Made by a program: the position numbers and the translations under genes
Virus record (IMG/VR): IMGVR_UViG_3300016467_000490
Span: 1-44,874 of that record
DNA length: 44,874 nt
Strand: one strand, 5' to 3'
Origin: a virus
Lineage: Duplodnaviria > Caudoviricetes
Shown here: positions 27,403 through 36,187 of the stretch, piece by piece
How positions within the stretch are numbered: position 1 is the first letter of the stretch
Layout of the letters: every line of letters starts with the position of its first letter
Notes under the pieces: model-generated
Told to the model about the DNA's origin: nothing
The model's database searches: none
Seen by the model: the letters and a program-made list of their open reading frames with translations, nothing else

Positions 27403-28974
27403 TTACGCCTTTCCACCACGCTTCATTTTGTAGCGGGGCGTGTAGTTCCCGTACAAGTTGCTGCTTGATGGATAGATGTTGGCCACAGGCTTCACGCCCA
27501 TGATCCGAGCCTGGTACTGACCCGGGGTCTCCCCCGGCCTGATGCCGCTGGCGCTTGACGAAGAACTCGACGAGCTTGACGGCTTGGGCGCAGGAATCAC
27601 AACCGGGGGCGGCTTGTACGCAGGAGCATACGTCGATGACTTCGTCGCAGGCGCAGGCGCAGGCGCAGGCTTCGGAGCAGGTGTCGGCGCAGGCGTTGGT
27701 TTTGGCGCGGGCGCAGGCGTAGGGGCTGGCGTTGGCTTGGTTTCTGCAGTCGGGGTTGAGGTCGTGGACTTCGCCTTATCGGCTTCGGCCTTTGCCTTGT
27801 CCTCCAACTGCTTGAGCCATGCCATGATTTCGTCGTAGGAAGCAGAGCCCCCTTCGGCCATCGTGGCCACAGAACCACCCTTTGCCTTCTTTGCCGGCGC
27901 AACCGTTACAGACTTCTCAGTCTTGGTCACGCTGCCTTCAGGCGCCTTCTTACCCATCAGGCCTTTGAGGCCCGACATGATGCGCTCAGGGACCCCAAGA
28001 ATGGAGTCACGCATGGCCTCGTTCTCTTCCTTCTCCAACCGCTTGAATTTCTCGAACTCGCGATTTGCTTTGTTCGTCATCAGTTGGTCTTCGATGTCAG
28101 AGATCGCGCCGCCCTCAGCTTTTTTTGAGACTTTGCCGCCCTTCTTGAACACGCCACTCAGGTTGACCTGAGTTGCGGGCTTGGAAGGGGCCTTGCGGCC
28201 TTGAGGCATAGCCACGGGTTTGCCGCTGTCAACTTTTCCCCCCGTGGCGTAGCCCTTTTTTGTGGCACCGCCTTCGCAAAAGCCGCCCTGACCCTCAATC
28301 ACGCCACCGGTCTTGCGACGCGGAGCGGTACCGATGGTCTTGCCGAACTGGCTGGGAGCCCGAACATTGCTGACCGGAGTCGGAGCAGTGGAGCCAAACC
28401 CGCGCATGACGGGAGCCGGCTTTATCTGAACAGGAGGAGCAGAGGTCGTGATGCGGGGAGCGGGGGCGATCTTGCCGCCCATCGCGTAGCCGCCCTGACC
28501 CTTGGCAACGCCACCAGTCTTGTAGCCGCCCTGGCCTTTTGCAACGCCGCCGGTCTTCAAGCCCTTGTGGGCCTTGGAAGCTGGCTTGTCTTCGTGGGCT
28601 TTCAGTTCCCCCTCCAACTTGTCCATCTTCTTCATCTCGGCTTTGTGCTCGGCCTTGCTCTCAACCTCGCCACCCTTCGCACGCATCTTCATGCCTTTGG
28701 CGGCACGCATGCGGTCGACGATGCTGGGCTTTTTGGGAACCGCAGCAGGCTCGTTGATAGCAGGACGACCCAAAAGTGCCGCGCCTCCCTTAACAGGAGG
28801 AGCGATCTCGCCCATCATCTTTCCCAGGCTACCGCCCTTGGCCATCTTTTTGTGGCCAGTGCCGTGGTCCTTGGACTTCATCTTGGGCATGGTGGCGATG
28901 CCACCCTTTTTGAGCTTCAGGATCACTGAAGGCTCAGTCGTCTCCATCTTCACCATTGGCTTGAATTGGCCCAT
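27403..28974 (-). CDS. Lys/Gly-rich low-complexity protein with ~14 xxxGG motifs
   Basis: start MGQFKPMVK after GAGGAGG; motifs KKGG, MAKGG, YKTGG, YAMGG, YATGG, FKKGG, AEGG, MKRGG. Confidence 0.75.
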   Translation of the reverse strand: MGQFKPMVKMETTEPSVILKLKKGGIATMPKMKSKDHGTGHKKMAKGGSLGKMMGEIAPPVKGGAALLGRPAINEPAAVPKKPSIVDRMRAAKGMKMRAKGGEVESKAEHKAEMKKMDKLEGELKAHEDKPASKAHKGLKTGGVAKGQGGYKTGGVAKGQGGYAMGGKIAPAPRITTSAPPVQIKPAPVMRGFGSTAPTPVSNVRAPSQFGKTIGTAPRRKTGGVIEGQGGFCEGGATKKGYATGGKVDSGKPVAMPQGRKAPSKPATQVNLSGVFKKGGKVSKKAEGGAISDIEDQLMTNKANREFEKFKRLEKEENEAMRDSILGVPERIMSGLKGLMGKKAPEGSVTKTEKSVTVAPAKKAKGGSVATMAEGGSASYDEIMAWLKQLEDKAKAEADKAKSTTSTPTAETKPTPAPTPAPAPKPTPAPTPAPKPAPAPAPATKSSTYAPAYKPPPVVIPAPKPSSSSSSSSSASGIRPGETPGQYQARIMGVKPVANIYPSSSNLYGNYTPRYKMKRGGKA

Positions 28975-28985
28975 GATGTGCCTCC

Positions 28986-29435
28986 TCAAACTTTCTGGGC
29001 GTAAACCACCGTGAGGCGGTAGATGCCCTGGGTCGTTGCGATGGTGCCGTCCGGGTCGACGGTCAGGAAGACGCCGGTGTTGGTACCAACGTCCGCCATT
29101 GCGGCGAGCTGAGCGGCTGTAAAAGTCAATGCAGCACGTCCACCACCAATGACGTCAGTCGCCGAAACGTACTGAGTGCCGGCGGCAGCGGTGCCAACAG
29201 TGGCGTTGATTGCAGTGGCAGTGCCACCGCCCACAACCTCGTTCTGAACCTGATCGATGAAGATGCTAACGATCTGGGAATAGGCGGGGATGGTGACGCT
29301 GGTGCTGGTTGCAGAGCCGTCTGCGGCGGTGGTGACAGTCGAGGACTGCATCATGACGACGAAACCGCCGTCAACAGAGTCCGTCAAACTGCCAGACCCC
29401 GCGCGAAGGGTCGAGCCAAAATATGTTTGAGCCAT
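28986..29435 (-). CDS. putative capsid decoration / minor structural protein
   Basis: immediately after MCP, AGGAG RBS, beta-rich IPA.SQI...VGT pattern. Confidence 0.65.
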   Translation of the reverse strand: MAQTYFGSTLRAGSGSLTDSVDGGFVVMMQSSTVTTAADGSATSTSVTIPAYSQIVSIFIDQVQNEVVGGGTATAINATVGTAAAGTQYVSATDVIGGGRAALTFTAAQLAAMADVGTNTGVFLTVDPDGTIATTQGIYRLTVVYAQKV

Positions 29436-29452
29436 TTCGATCTCCTGTGAAT

Positions 29453-29472
29453 AGGGGGGCAGAAGCCCCCCT
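29453..29472 (-). promoter_or_regulatory. stable hairpin after major capsid gene (mRNA stabiliser or weak terminator)
   Basis: AGGGGGGC-TTCT-GCCCCCCT perfect 8-bp stem, no U-tract. Confidence 0.6.
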
Positions 29473-29479
29473 GCTCGGT

Positions 29480-30394
29480 TTAGACGCCCGGAGTGCCGTA
29501 CATGGCACGCCAGTCGGTGAAGCCGACGTCGTAACGCTCGGTGGCCTTGTAGCGCATCGAGTCGGTCTCGAAGTCGCCTTCCATGGTCTTCTCGAGCTTG
29601 CGACGCATCAGGAGCTTCATGCCCTCAGGAGCATCGGTCTGAACCCACCATGCGGTGGCGCTGGACAGACGAGACAACACGGTGGCGCCTTCGTCCAACA
29701 GGCCGATGGCTTTCACAGGGTTGATGTCGTTGTTGGCAGTGCCAGTACGCAGAACGGACTTCAGCAGCACTTCGGCCTGGAAGATGTTGCCAGGAGCGAC
29801 CACCAGTTGGCGGGGCACCAGACGAATCTTCTTGCCGTTGTTGTCCACAGCCTGGCGAATCTGGATCAGCATCTGCTCCAGGGAGGTCTGCGACAGGTTC
29901 GCTGCGGTGGCCAACAGGTTGCTGGCGGTACCGTTCACGATCGGATGGCTGGCGCTGTTCAGTTGAACACCGTCACCACCGGGGTATGCGCTGTTGAAGG
30001 CGCGGTTCAGCACGTTGGCGCACAGCGTCTCTTTCGTCTCAATCAGCGACTGAGCGAGGTGACGGGCGTACACCTGGCCAATACGGATGTGGTCACCGTC
30101 CTCGACCAAAACCTTGGTCAGAGCGAACGCCAGACCATAGACCTGGTAGACGTAGCGCTTGAGGAACAGCACACCACCTTGTTGGTACGTAACCGGCATG
30201 CCGTCAGGCAGTTGCGGAGCAGCACCAAAACCGTAGAGCACAGGCTCTTCGTGGTAGTTGCGGGGGATGCCTTGCTGTTCGCGGAAAACACGCGACCATT
30301 CGTCGGCACGTTGGTCATAGACTCCATCGAAACACTCGTTGAGGATGGGCTCAACAATTGAACGAAAGTCTGTACTGCGCATTGGAGCGGCCAT
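29480..30394 (-). CDS. major capsid protein (Mu gpT-like family)
   Basis: 304 aa; GFGAAP...G..V.Y, A.VLN.AF....GGDG..L....HP, LVV.P, DF.T...RYKA.ERY..G..DWR..YG.PG. Confidence 0.9.
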   Translation of the reverse strand: MAAPMRSTDFRSIVEPILNECFDGVYDQRADEWSRVFREQQGIPRNYHEEPVLYGFGAAPQLPDGMPVTYQQGGVLFLKRYVYQVYGLAFALTKVLVEDGDHIRIGQVYARHLAQSLIETKETLCANVLNRAFNSAYPGGDGVQLNSASHPIVNGTASNLLATAANLSQTSLEQMLIQIRQAVDNNGKKIRLVPRQLVVAPGNIFQAEVLLKSVLRTGTANNDINPVKAIGLLDEGATVLSRLSSATAWWVQTDAPEGMKLLMRRKLEKTMEGDFETDSMRYKATERYDVGFTDWRAMYGTPGV

Positions 30395-30410
30395 GGTTCA
30401 CTCCCTCCTT

Positions 30411-31013
30411 TTAGATACCGGTACCGGCGACACCAGCGAACTGGTACTCGGCGATTTGGGCTTGAACGATTACGTAATTGTCACCCCATGCGTTATCGGC
30501 ATAAGGGGCGAGGTTGATTACGCGCATTTGGGCGGTGCTACCAGCAGACACAGGCGTGGCCGACAAGGTGCACTGAGACAGGCCGGTGGTCGTGGAACCA
30601 GCGGTCGTGTTGCTCAAGTCACACTCGGCGCCCAGGATGGTCTGAGCAACAGTGCCATCGGTCTGGATTTCGTACACGATGTTGGGATCGTTGTAGAAAT
30701 ACGCGACCACCGAGCCAGTCTGGAAAGACTCGCTGGCAGGCCAGTAGTTGCTGATGCGGCGACGACCAGTGCTGTCGGTCCACTCGACGCCTGCAAAGCA
30801 GCCGCAGAAGGCATCACCGGCAGCAGCCACGTTCAAAACACCGGCGGTGTCGAACTTGACGGGCTGGCCCTTCAGGATGGTGGTTGCATAACCAAGGCTT
30901 ACGTTCCCAGAGGTGGAAACGATAGGGATACCGTTGGCGAGAGCCGTTGCGCGATCCAAACCAGAAGGATGGTACGCAGGACGCAGGCCGAACGGAGCAG
31001 AAGTTGCTGACAT
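30411..31013 (-). CDS. capsid cement/decoration protein
   Basis: APFGLRP, I..G.PV, G.F.GVE.TD, DP..VYEIQ motifs; AGGAG RBS; precedes MCP. Confidence 0.65.
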   Translation of the reverse strand: MSATSAPFGLRPAYHPSGLDRATALANGIPIVSTSGNVSLGYATTILKGQPVKFDTAGVLNVAAAGDAFCGCFAGVEWTDSTGRRRISNYWPASESFQTGSVVAYFYNDPNIVYEIQTDGTVAQTILGAECDLSNTTAGSTTTGLSQCTLSATPVSAGSTAQMRVINLAPYADNAWGDNYVIVQAQIAEYQFAGVAGTGI

Positions 31014-31042
31014 AGTCTAGCTCCTAGTTCAATGAACTCCCA

Positions 31043-31582
31043 TTACCCTTCAAACATGGGTGCAGGGATCGGTTTGTCGATGTTGTCCAAGCCCTCGCCT
31101 TCGATCTGACCGAGTCGGCGACCCGATCTATCGCTGCCCTGATTCTGCTCTGCATTGCGACGGATTTTTTCCGTCTCCTCCAGAGGAGCCTCATGGTGGA
31201 AATACGCCATGACTTCTTGATACCGATCGAGCGGAATCTTGAAGAGGAGCATTTCATTGCATGCGATAAACCCGACGTGCTCACCAGCCTTTACGCGCCA
31301 ATTTTCGTACCCGGGAATCTCCTCGGCCATAACCGGGGTGTATCCGAGCCTCATACGCTTATCAATGCTGTCGTAGCTGTTCGTGGTAGATAGCCAGCAA
31401 AGGTGAAATCCCTTCAATTCGGGAACTTGGGGCAATGCGCTTTGTGTCCATTCGTCCTTCCACATCTTGCGACGTTCTTCAGCCGAAACGAACTTATCCT
31501 CCGGTGCCTCACGAACGGGGTCGTGACTCGCGCGAGATTCGCGTCCACCAGCAGAGAGATTTTTTTTGAGTCGTGAATCCAT
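31043..31582 (-). CDS. conserved head-module hypothetical protein
   Basis: W....LP..P...GF..CW...R.GY.PV...E; GGAG RBS; between scaffold and capsid genes. Confidence 0.7.
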   Translation of the reverse strand: MDSRLKKNLSAGGRESRASHDPVREAPEDKFVSAEERRKMWKDEWTQSALPQVPELKGFHLCWLSTTNSYDSIDKRMRLGYTPVMAEEIPGYENWRVKAGEHVGFIACNEMLLFKIPLDRYQEVMAYFHHEAPLEETEKIRRNAEQNQGSDRSGRRLGQIEGEGLDNIDKPIPAPMFEG

Positions 31583-31596
31583 TTTTAACTCCGATT

Positions 31597-32568
31597 TCAG
31601 TATTTAGAGGTTTCAGAAGCGTACCGCTTGATCATGCGATTACGCGCAACGGGATCGTCCCACATGCCCGCATCCTTCATGGCTTGAACCTGTTCCCGCG
31701 AAAGCTGGAACTGGTTCGGGCTTGAAGCACCCGAGCTTGTTTGTCGTCCTGAGCCTGTAACCACCGTTCTTGGCCTCGAAGTTTGTGTGTTTTCACTACC
31801 CACGCCACCAGTATAGCGGTGGGGCATCATTCTTGACAAGCGGTTGTCAAGTTCTTGCCAGTATTCCGGCGTGCGGGGGTCGTAACCCTCGTCCGACAGA
31901 ATGACGTCCTCGTTCAAAACGCGTCGCGAGTCGGCGTCACGCCCTTGCGGGTCGTACCAACTGTTTCGGGCGAGCCAATCGGCCGCCTGGCGCTGCACGT
32001 CGGGGTCAACCGCCGGCGCGGCGGTCTGAGGACGCTGAGGTTTTGCCGCGCGCTGGCGCATGACTTTGAGACTTTCCAGGGTTTTGCTGGACTCAACCAG
32101 CAAATCCTGGGCGCTCACCATCAATTCGCCGTTTCCGGTCTCGGCAGCCTCTTTGATCTTCTCTTTTGCGAAGTTAATGCGGTGCTCTTCCTCCGCAATC
32201 TTGTTGTCCATGCGCGCCAGGTCGGTCGCCAGGGTCTTTTTCTCGACCACGGCGAGCCGCTCGAGCAGCTCACGGTTCTGACGCTCCAGCAAATTGAGCT
32301 TCACGTCCTTTTCGTTGGACACCTGGCGGTGATATTCCTTGCGAGCCTTGCGTTTTGCGCGGCGAGCCTCGCGTTCGGCCTCACGGTCAGGGTCAATACT
32401 GCCTGTTGCGGCAATTTCAGCGCGCTGCGCGGCCGCATCATCCTCTTCGCTGCCGTCTTGGTCGGGCAACTTGATGGATTCGGGCAGCGCAACGATGGCA
32501 GAGCCATCGGCAGCCTCGTTCACGACGATTTTTTCGTCGACTTGTTCGGTGTTGGTGTCAGTGGTCAT
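31597..32568 (-). CDS. capsid scaffolding protein
   Basis: acidic N-terminus, long coiled coil, W..RN.WY, GYDP...EYW.ELD.R, LS.EQV..MK..G C-terminus. Confidence 0.7.
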   Translation of the reverse strand: MTTDTNTEQVDEKIVVNEAADGSAIVALPESIKLPDQDGSEEDDAAAQRAEIAATGSIDPDREAEREARRAKRKARKEYHRQVSNEKDVKLNLLERQNRELLERLAVVEKKTLATDLARMDNKIAEEEHRINFAKEKIKEAAETGNGELMVSAQDLLVESSKTLESLKVMRQRAAKPQRPQTAAPAVDPDVQRQAADWLARNSWYDPQGRDADSRRVLNEDVILSDEGYDPRTPEYWQELDNRLSRMMPHRYTGGVGSENTQTSRPRTVVTGSGRQTSSGASSPNQFQLSREQVQAMKDAGMWDDPVARNRMIKRYASETSKY

Positions 32569-33005
32569 ACGAATGCCTTCACGTCAAGTGGATTGCCAGT
32601 GATTTTGGCGATCAGTTCGTGGTCGTTGAGGACCATGAACAGGACTGGGTCTTCATCGTCAGCAGCTCCGGGGACCGGAACCTCCCAACGATCACCACCC
32701 CACTTGGGCACACGCACGAAGTCGCCGACTTCGCACCAAATCCCCTCTACCCATGGCTCCATGGTGTCGCGCTTTTTGAACGCGAGCGGGCCCAGCTCGA
32801 TCACTTTGGCCACCATGTTCTGCCACTTCTCGGTCTCACGGGTCTCTTCGACCAAAATGATCCCGCCAGAGGAGGTTTTCTTCTTCACGCGGCGCAGTTG
32901 CACGAGGACTCGTGCGCCAAGAGGTTTAGCCCCGGGGTCTAAAGCAGGAAATGCATCCCGCACATCAGCTTCTGAAAAAGCTACCGGTTCATTCATCTTC
33001 ATCAT
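32565..33005 (-). CDS. groES: co-chaperonin GroES-like protein
   Basis: KPLGARVLV...KTSSGGIIL...VIELGP...WCEVGDFV...LND.E.IA; alternative start at 32996. Confidence 0.85.
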   Translation of the reverse strand: MMKMNEPVAFSEADVRDAFPALDPGAKPLGARVLVQLRRVKKKTSSGGIILVEETRETEKWQNMVAKVIELGPLAFKKRDTMEPWVEGIWCEVGDFVRVPKWGGDRWEVPVPGAADDEDPVLFMVLNDHELIAKITGNPLDVKAFV

Positions 33006-33174
33006 CTTCCTTCAAAAGGTTGTTGAGGGTGTCCAACGACTTTTGAAGACCAGCATGCTCTCCGACCAGGCGCTGATACGCGTCCCAAGTCGACGGTTGC
33101 CCGTTGACCATGGCGCGCGCAATCTCTGCCTGTTCCGCTTGCACAGCGGAAATCAGGTCGGACAAGGTTTTCAT
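32989..33174 (-). CDS. small helical hypothetical protein
   Basis: G....WD.YQRLVG...GL motif commonly found upstream of phage groES. Confidence 0.7.
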   Translation of the reverse strand: MKTLSDLISAVQAEQAEIARAMVNGQPSTWDAYQRLVGEHAGLQKSLDTLNNLLKEDDEDE

Positions 33175-33347
33175 GCGTTCTTCTTGTCGATGGCCGACTT
33201 TTCAAAGTTGCCGTGGTCGCTGTTTGCTCGCGGAAGGGTCGCTGATTGCTTCTCTGTTAGCTCTTCTCCGTCAACCCAGGCGCCCGCAGCCATGCGGCGG
33301 TGCTGGTTCACGGTCTCATCCAGTTGTTGTTTGTCAGTGTCTGCCAT
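33171..33347 (-). CDS. hypothetical protein, 58 aa (not in ORF track)
   Basis: AGGAGG RBS, MADTDKQQLDETVNQHRRMAAGAWVDG...; ATGA-coupled to next gene. Confidence 0.7.
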   Translation of the reverse strand: MADTDKQQLDETVNQHRRMAAGAWVDGEELTEKQSATLPRANSDHGNFEKSAIDKKNA

Positions 33348-35838
33348 AGTTTCCTCCTAATAGGTTGGCTTGGGCGGCGTCTTGCAACGCAATTGCGGTG
33401 TCCTGCTGCTCTCGCTTCAGTTTCACCTCTTCCACAGTCAGGTCCGCAGTCTTCATGCGCTCCTTCGTGAGGTTGTTTTCGGCGTTCATGGCGACGCGAA
33501 TCTCTTGATCCTTCGCCTTGAGCTGAATGTCTGCCTGATCGCGAGCCTGGCGGCGCTGTGTTTCGGCCATGGAGGCCTGCAAAATGGCCAGCGCATCGCC
33601 GTCCATGGGCGGCTGAGGCTTGGGGAACTGCTGCATGATCTGGCCAATCTGCTCCATCGCCTGCATGACGCCAGCAAAGACCTGCTGTGTGTCCATTTTG
33701 ACGTGGCTCGCGGCTGCTGCCATGGCCTGATCGACCTTGTCGACGTTCTTGTTCTCGGCGTACTTGCCCAACTGCAGGTCGGTGCCGGCCGTGACGTACG
33801 TCTTCATCTGCTGCGTGTACCACAGCGTGATGTGCTGCTTGAGGTGCTCGAGTACTTGCGGCAGGAAAGTCGGCCCCATGAGCTTGCTCGAGCCCAACAT
33901 GGGGTCCAAAGCAAAGTCCAGGTGGGCCTGGATGTGCGCCAGGTGGTCTTGGCGGGGGTACGCAAAAGCGCGGCGACCCAGGGCCATGGATGCGTTCTCG
34001 TCGGCCGCGTCCATTTCGGCGGGCTTGCTGCTCTGGGGCATCAGCTCGTCGACGTTGGGCACCTTGATCTGCTTCATGATCCGCTGCAGCACGGCGTTGA
34101 TGTCGAACGACTGCGGGTACTGCGTGGCCAGTTGCAGCACGGCCTGGTTCTGGGCCATGCGCTGCGTCTCGCTGAAGATGTGCGGATCGCTGACCGGGAT
34201 GACATCGGTGTTCTGGCGGAAGTCGTCAGGGCTGATCGGCAGCTCGGCAACCAGGTCACCACGGCGCTGCTCGTTGAGGTACCAGCGGTTGATGCGCGAC
34301 ACGATTTGCAGTGCACGCTTTTGCGACTTGTGGACCCGGGCGTGGATCGAGCTGAACACCTTGGCGCCTTGCTCGATGAGGGCCTGCGTGGTGCCCACAG
34401 GCGTGTTGGAGTTCAAGTCCTTGATCTTCTCCTCGGCGGTGCTCACAACGCCCTTGGCGGCCCCATCCAGCCAGCCAAGGAGCTTGAACAGCACCTCGCT
34501 GGGCGGGTTGAACGGCATGGGCATGGCCACCTTGCGGATGTCATCCACACCTGGGCCAGCCTCGATCTCGGTGACCTGCGTGATTTCGATCTGCTGGCTC
34601 TGGCCAGAGATTTTGGCGCCCTTGAGCTTCAGCGCGGTAAGCGAGTTGTTAACGTGCGCAGTATCCAGGAGGGCACGTAGCGCACCAGTAAGAGCGGCTG
34701 CGAGTCCGCCGATGAGGTGAGGTAACCCAATGGCGTAAGCGCCTCGCCACGGGATGAACTTGTACTCGACGATCCAGTCGAGCTTTGTGAGAGTTTCATC
34801 TCCCTGCTCCCAGTTGCGATACAGACCAAGCACTTCCATGTCGACCGAGTCGATCATGAGGATGTACGGGGCCAGCTTGCCGCCGCTGTGGCTATCCTCT
34901 TCGACCTCGAGCCAGGTGTAGATGTGGTACATGCGGCGCAGGCCGTCTTCGTTGCCCACCCACTCGCGGCCCTCGATCTTGTTGTTGGCCTTCTCGGCGG
35001 CGCTCTCTTCGGGCTCCATGCTGGCGAAGATCGAATAGCGCGACTCCTTGTACAGGCCGCGATTGACGCGCTGCTTGAACTCGAACTCGGTGATGTCATC
35101 GATCTCGGTCACTCGCTGCGCGGTGTAGAAGTTGGCCGCAGCGAACGGCAGCAGGATGTTGTCGATGGGCACGAACTCGGCGCACGGGCGCTTCTTGTTG
35201 TCATCCCACCAGAACTTCATGTACTGCGAGCCACCCAGCGGCAACTGCGTGAAGAGCTGCTCCTGCTCGTCCTGGAACTCTTCGATCTGCTCAGTGAGCT
35301 GCCAGTTGAGATAGTCGCGCTTGCGCTCGGCACGCTCGACCTTCTCGTCCGTCTGGTCGCCCAGGATGCGGGTGCGCACCGGGCCGTCGGGCGGGAACAG
35401 TTCTTTGGTGGTGGCGGCAGCGAAGTCGACACACGCCTCGGCCATCACGGGGTGCACCACCTTGCTGGCACCAGCGAAGGATGCGCCACCAGGCGCGTCG
35501 TCACCCAGGCCAGTGCGGCGGATGCCCTCTTCGTACTGCTTGTCGCGGCGCTTTCGGGCCTCTTTGTCGTCCTTGATGAGGTCCATGTACCGCAGAGCGA
35601 TCTTTTGCAGCTCGCCCTGGTTGAAGACCTCGGCCAAGTTGTCGTAGAAGTCGGTCTCTTCGGTCGGGCCAACGCGTTCTGAGCCAGGCAGCGTGACAGT
35701 CGCGGAGCCGTCCTCGTGCTCCTCGACTTCCGGCTCCTCCTCTTCGCCCATCTCGACCAAAGCCCCGCCATCGGGCAGGTCAGTGATCCCCTGGACGAAT
35801 CGTCCGTACTCCTGTTCGATCGGCATCTCAGTGGCCAT
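33334..35838 (-). CDS. portal protein
   Basis: 834 aa; GAS.V.HP.MAEA.V.F.A....EL.P..GPV, LPL.GS...K, PVGTT.AL.E.G.KV.S.IH.R.H motifs; downstream of terL. Confidence 0.88.
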   Translation of the reverse strand: MATEMPIEQEYGRFVQGITDLPDGGALVEMGEEEEPEVEEHEDGSATVTLPGSERVGPTEETDFYDNLAEVFNQGELQKIALRYMDLIKDDKEARKRRDKQYEEGIRRTGLGDDAPGGASFAGASKVVHPVMAEACVDFAAATTKELFPPDGPVRTRILGDQTDEKVERAERKRDYLNWQLTEQIEEFQDEQEQLFTQLPLGGSQYMKFWWDDNKKRPCAEFVPIDNILLPFAAANFYTAQRVTEIDDITEFEFKQRVNRGLYKESRYSIFASMEPEESAAEKANNKIEGREWVGNEDGLRRMYHIYTWLEVEEDSHSGGKLAPYILMIDSVDMEVLGLYRNWEQGDETLTKLDWIVEYKFIPWRGAYAIGLPHLIGGLAAALTGALRALLDTAHVNNSLTALKLKGAKISGQSQQIEITQVTEIEAGPGVDDIRKVAMPMPFNPPSEVLFKLLGWLDGAAKGVVSTAEEKIKDLNSNTPVGTTQALIEQGAKVFSSIHARVHKSQKRALQIVSRINRWYLNEQRRGDLVAELPISPDDFRQNTDVIPVSDPHIFSETQRMAQNQAVLQLATQYPQSFDINAVLQRIMKQIKVPNVDELMPQSSKPAEMDAADENASMALGRRAFAYPRQDHLAHIQAHLDFALDPMLGSSKLMGPTFLPQVLEHLKQHITLWYTQQMKTYVTAGTDLQLGKYAENKNVDKVDQAMAAAASHVKMDTQQVFAGVMQAMEQIGQIMQQFPKPQPPMDGDALAILQASMAETQRRQARDQADIQLKAKDQEIRVAMNAENNLTKERMKTADLTVEEVKLKREQQDTAIALQDAAQANLLGGNYGRH

Positions 35839-35848
35839 GAATCACCCC

Positions 35849-35877
35849 TTGTATTGGTTTAATTTCTGGTGTACTAT
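35849..35877 (+). promoter_or_regulatory. sigma70-type promoter, antisense to late operon
   Basis: TTGTAT-17 nt-TACTAT in an AT-rich island; ATG begins 8 nt after the -10 box. Confidence 0.7.
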
Positions 35878-35884
35878 CGGCAGC

Positions 35885-36187
35885 ATGGAATCGCATGCCA
35901 AGCGCACCAGAGCGCAGTACCCCTACGTTGTCGAGCCCTTTGGCTCGCAATGGCAGGTGCTGCTTGTTCGCGCCGAACCCCCCGAGAGGGTTGCTGTCTT
36001 CAAGGATCGGCCGCGTGCGTTTGCTCATATGCGCCAGCTCAATCGAGAATGGTGGACTGAGCTTCACGCGCTTGACGAGGCGCGGCTTGCGATTGCCCGA
36101 GCTCGCGGAAAAGCCGCTGCTCAGCCCGCTTCAGTCGCTCCCGCATCGCTTTGGACGCGGCTGAGGGCTCTCTTGCGCCTTCGGTAG
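35885..36187 (+). CDS. small antisense protein (100 aa), probably leaderless
   Basis: fills a 200-nt gap in an otherwise gap-poor operon; promoter directly upstream; overlaps 3' end of 36039..39440 by 149 nt. Confidence 0.55.
   Translation: MESHAKRTRAQYPYVVEPFGSQWQVLLVRAEPPERVAVFKDRPRAFAHMRQLNREWWTELHALDEARLAIARARGKAAAQPASVAPASLWTRLRALLRLR

Noticed and set aside
26050-28974. GG motifs as ubiquitin-like conjugation system
   Set aside because: No protein ends in GG, and no beta-grasp, E1/E2 or JAB-like gene is recognisable in the window
31855-35682. Long plus-strand ORFs (501, 436, 327, 264 aa)
   Set aside because: Shadows of scaffold, groES and portal, which have clear family motifs on the minus strand
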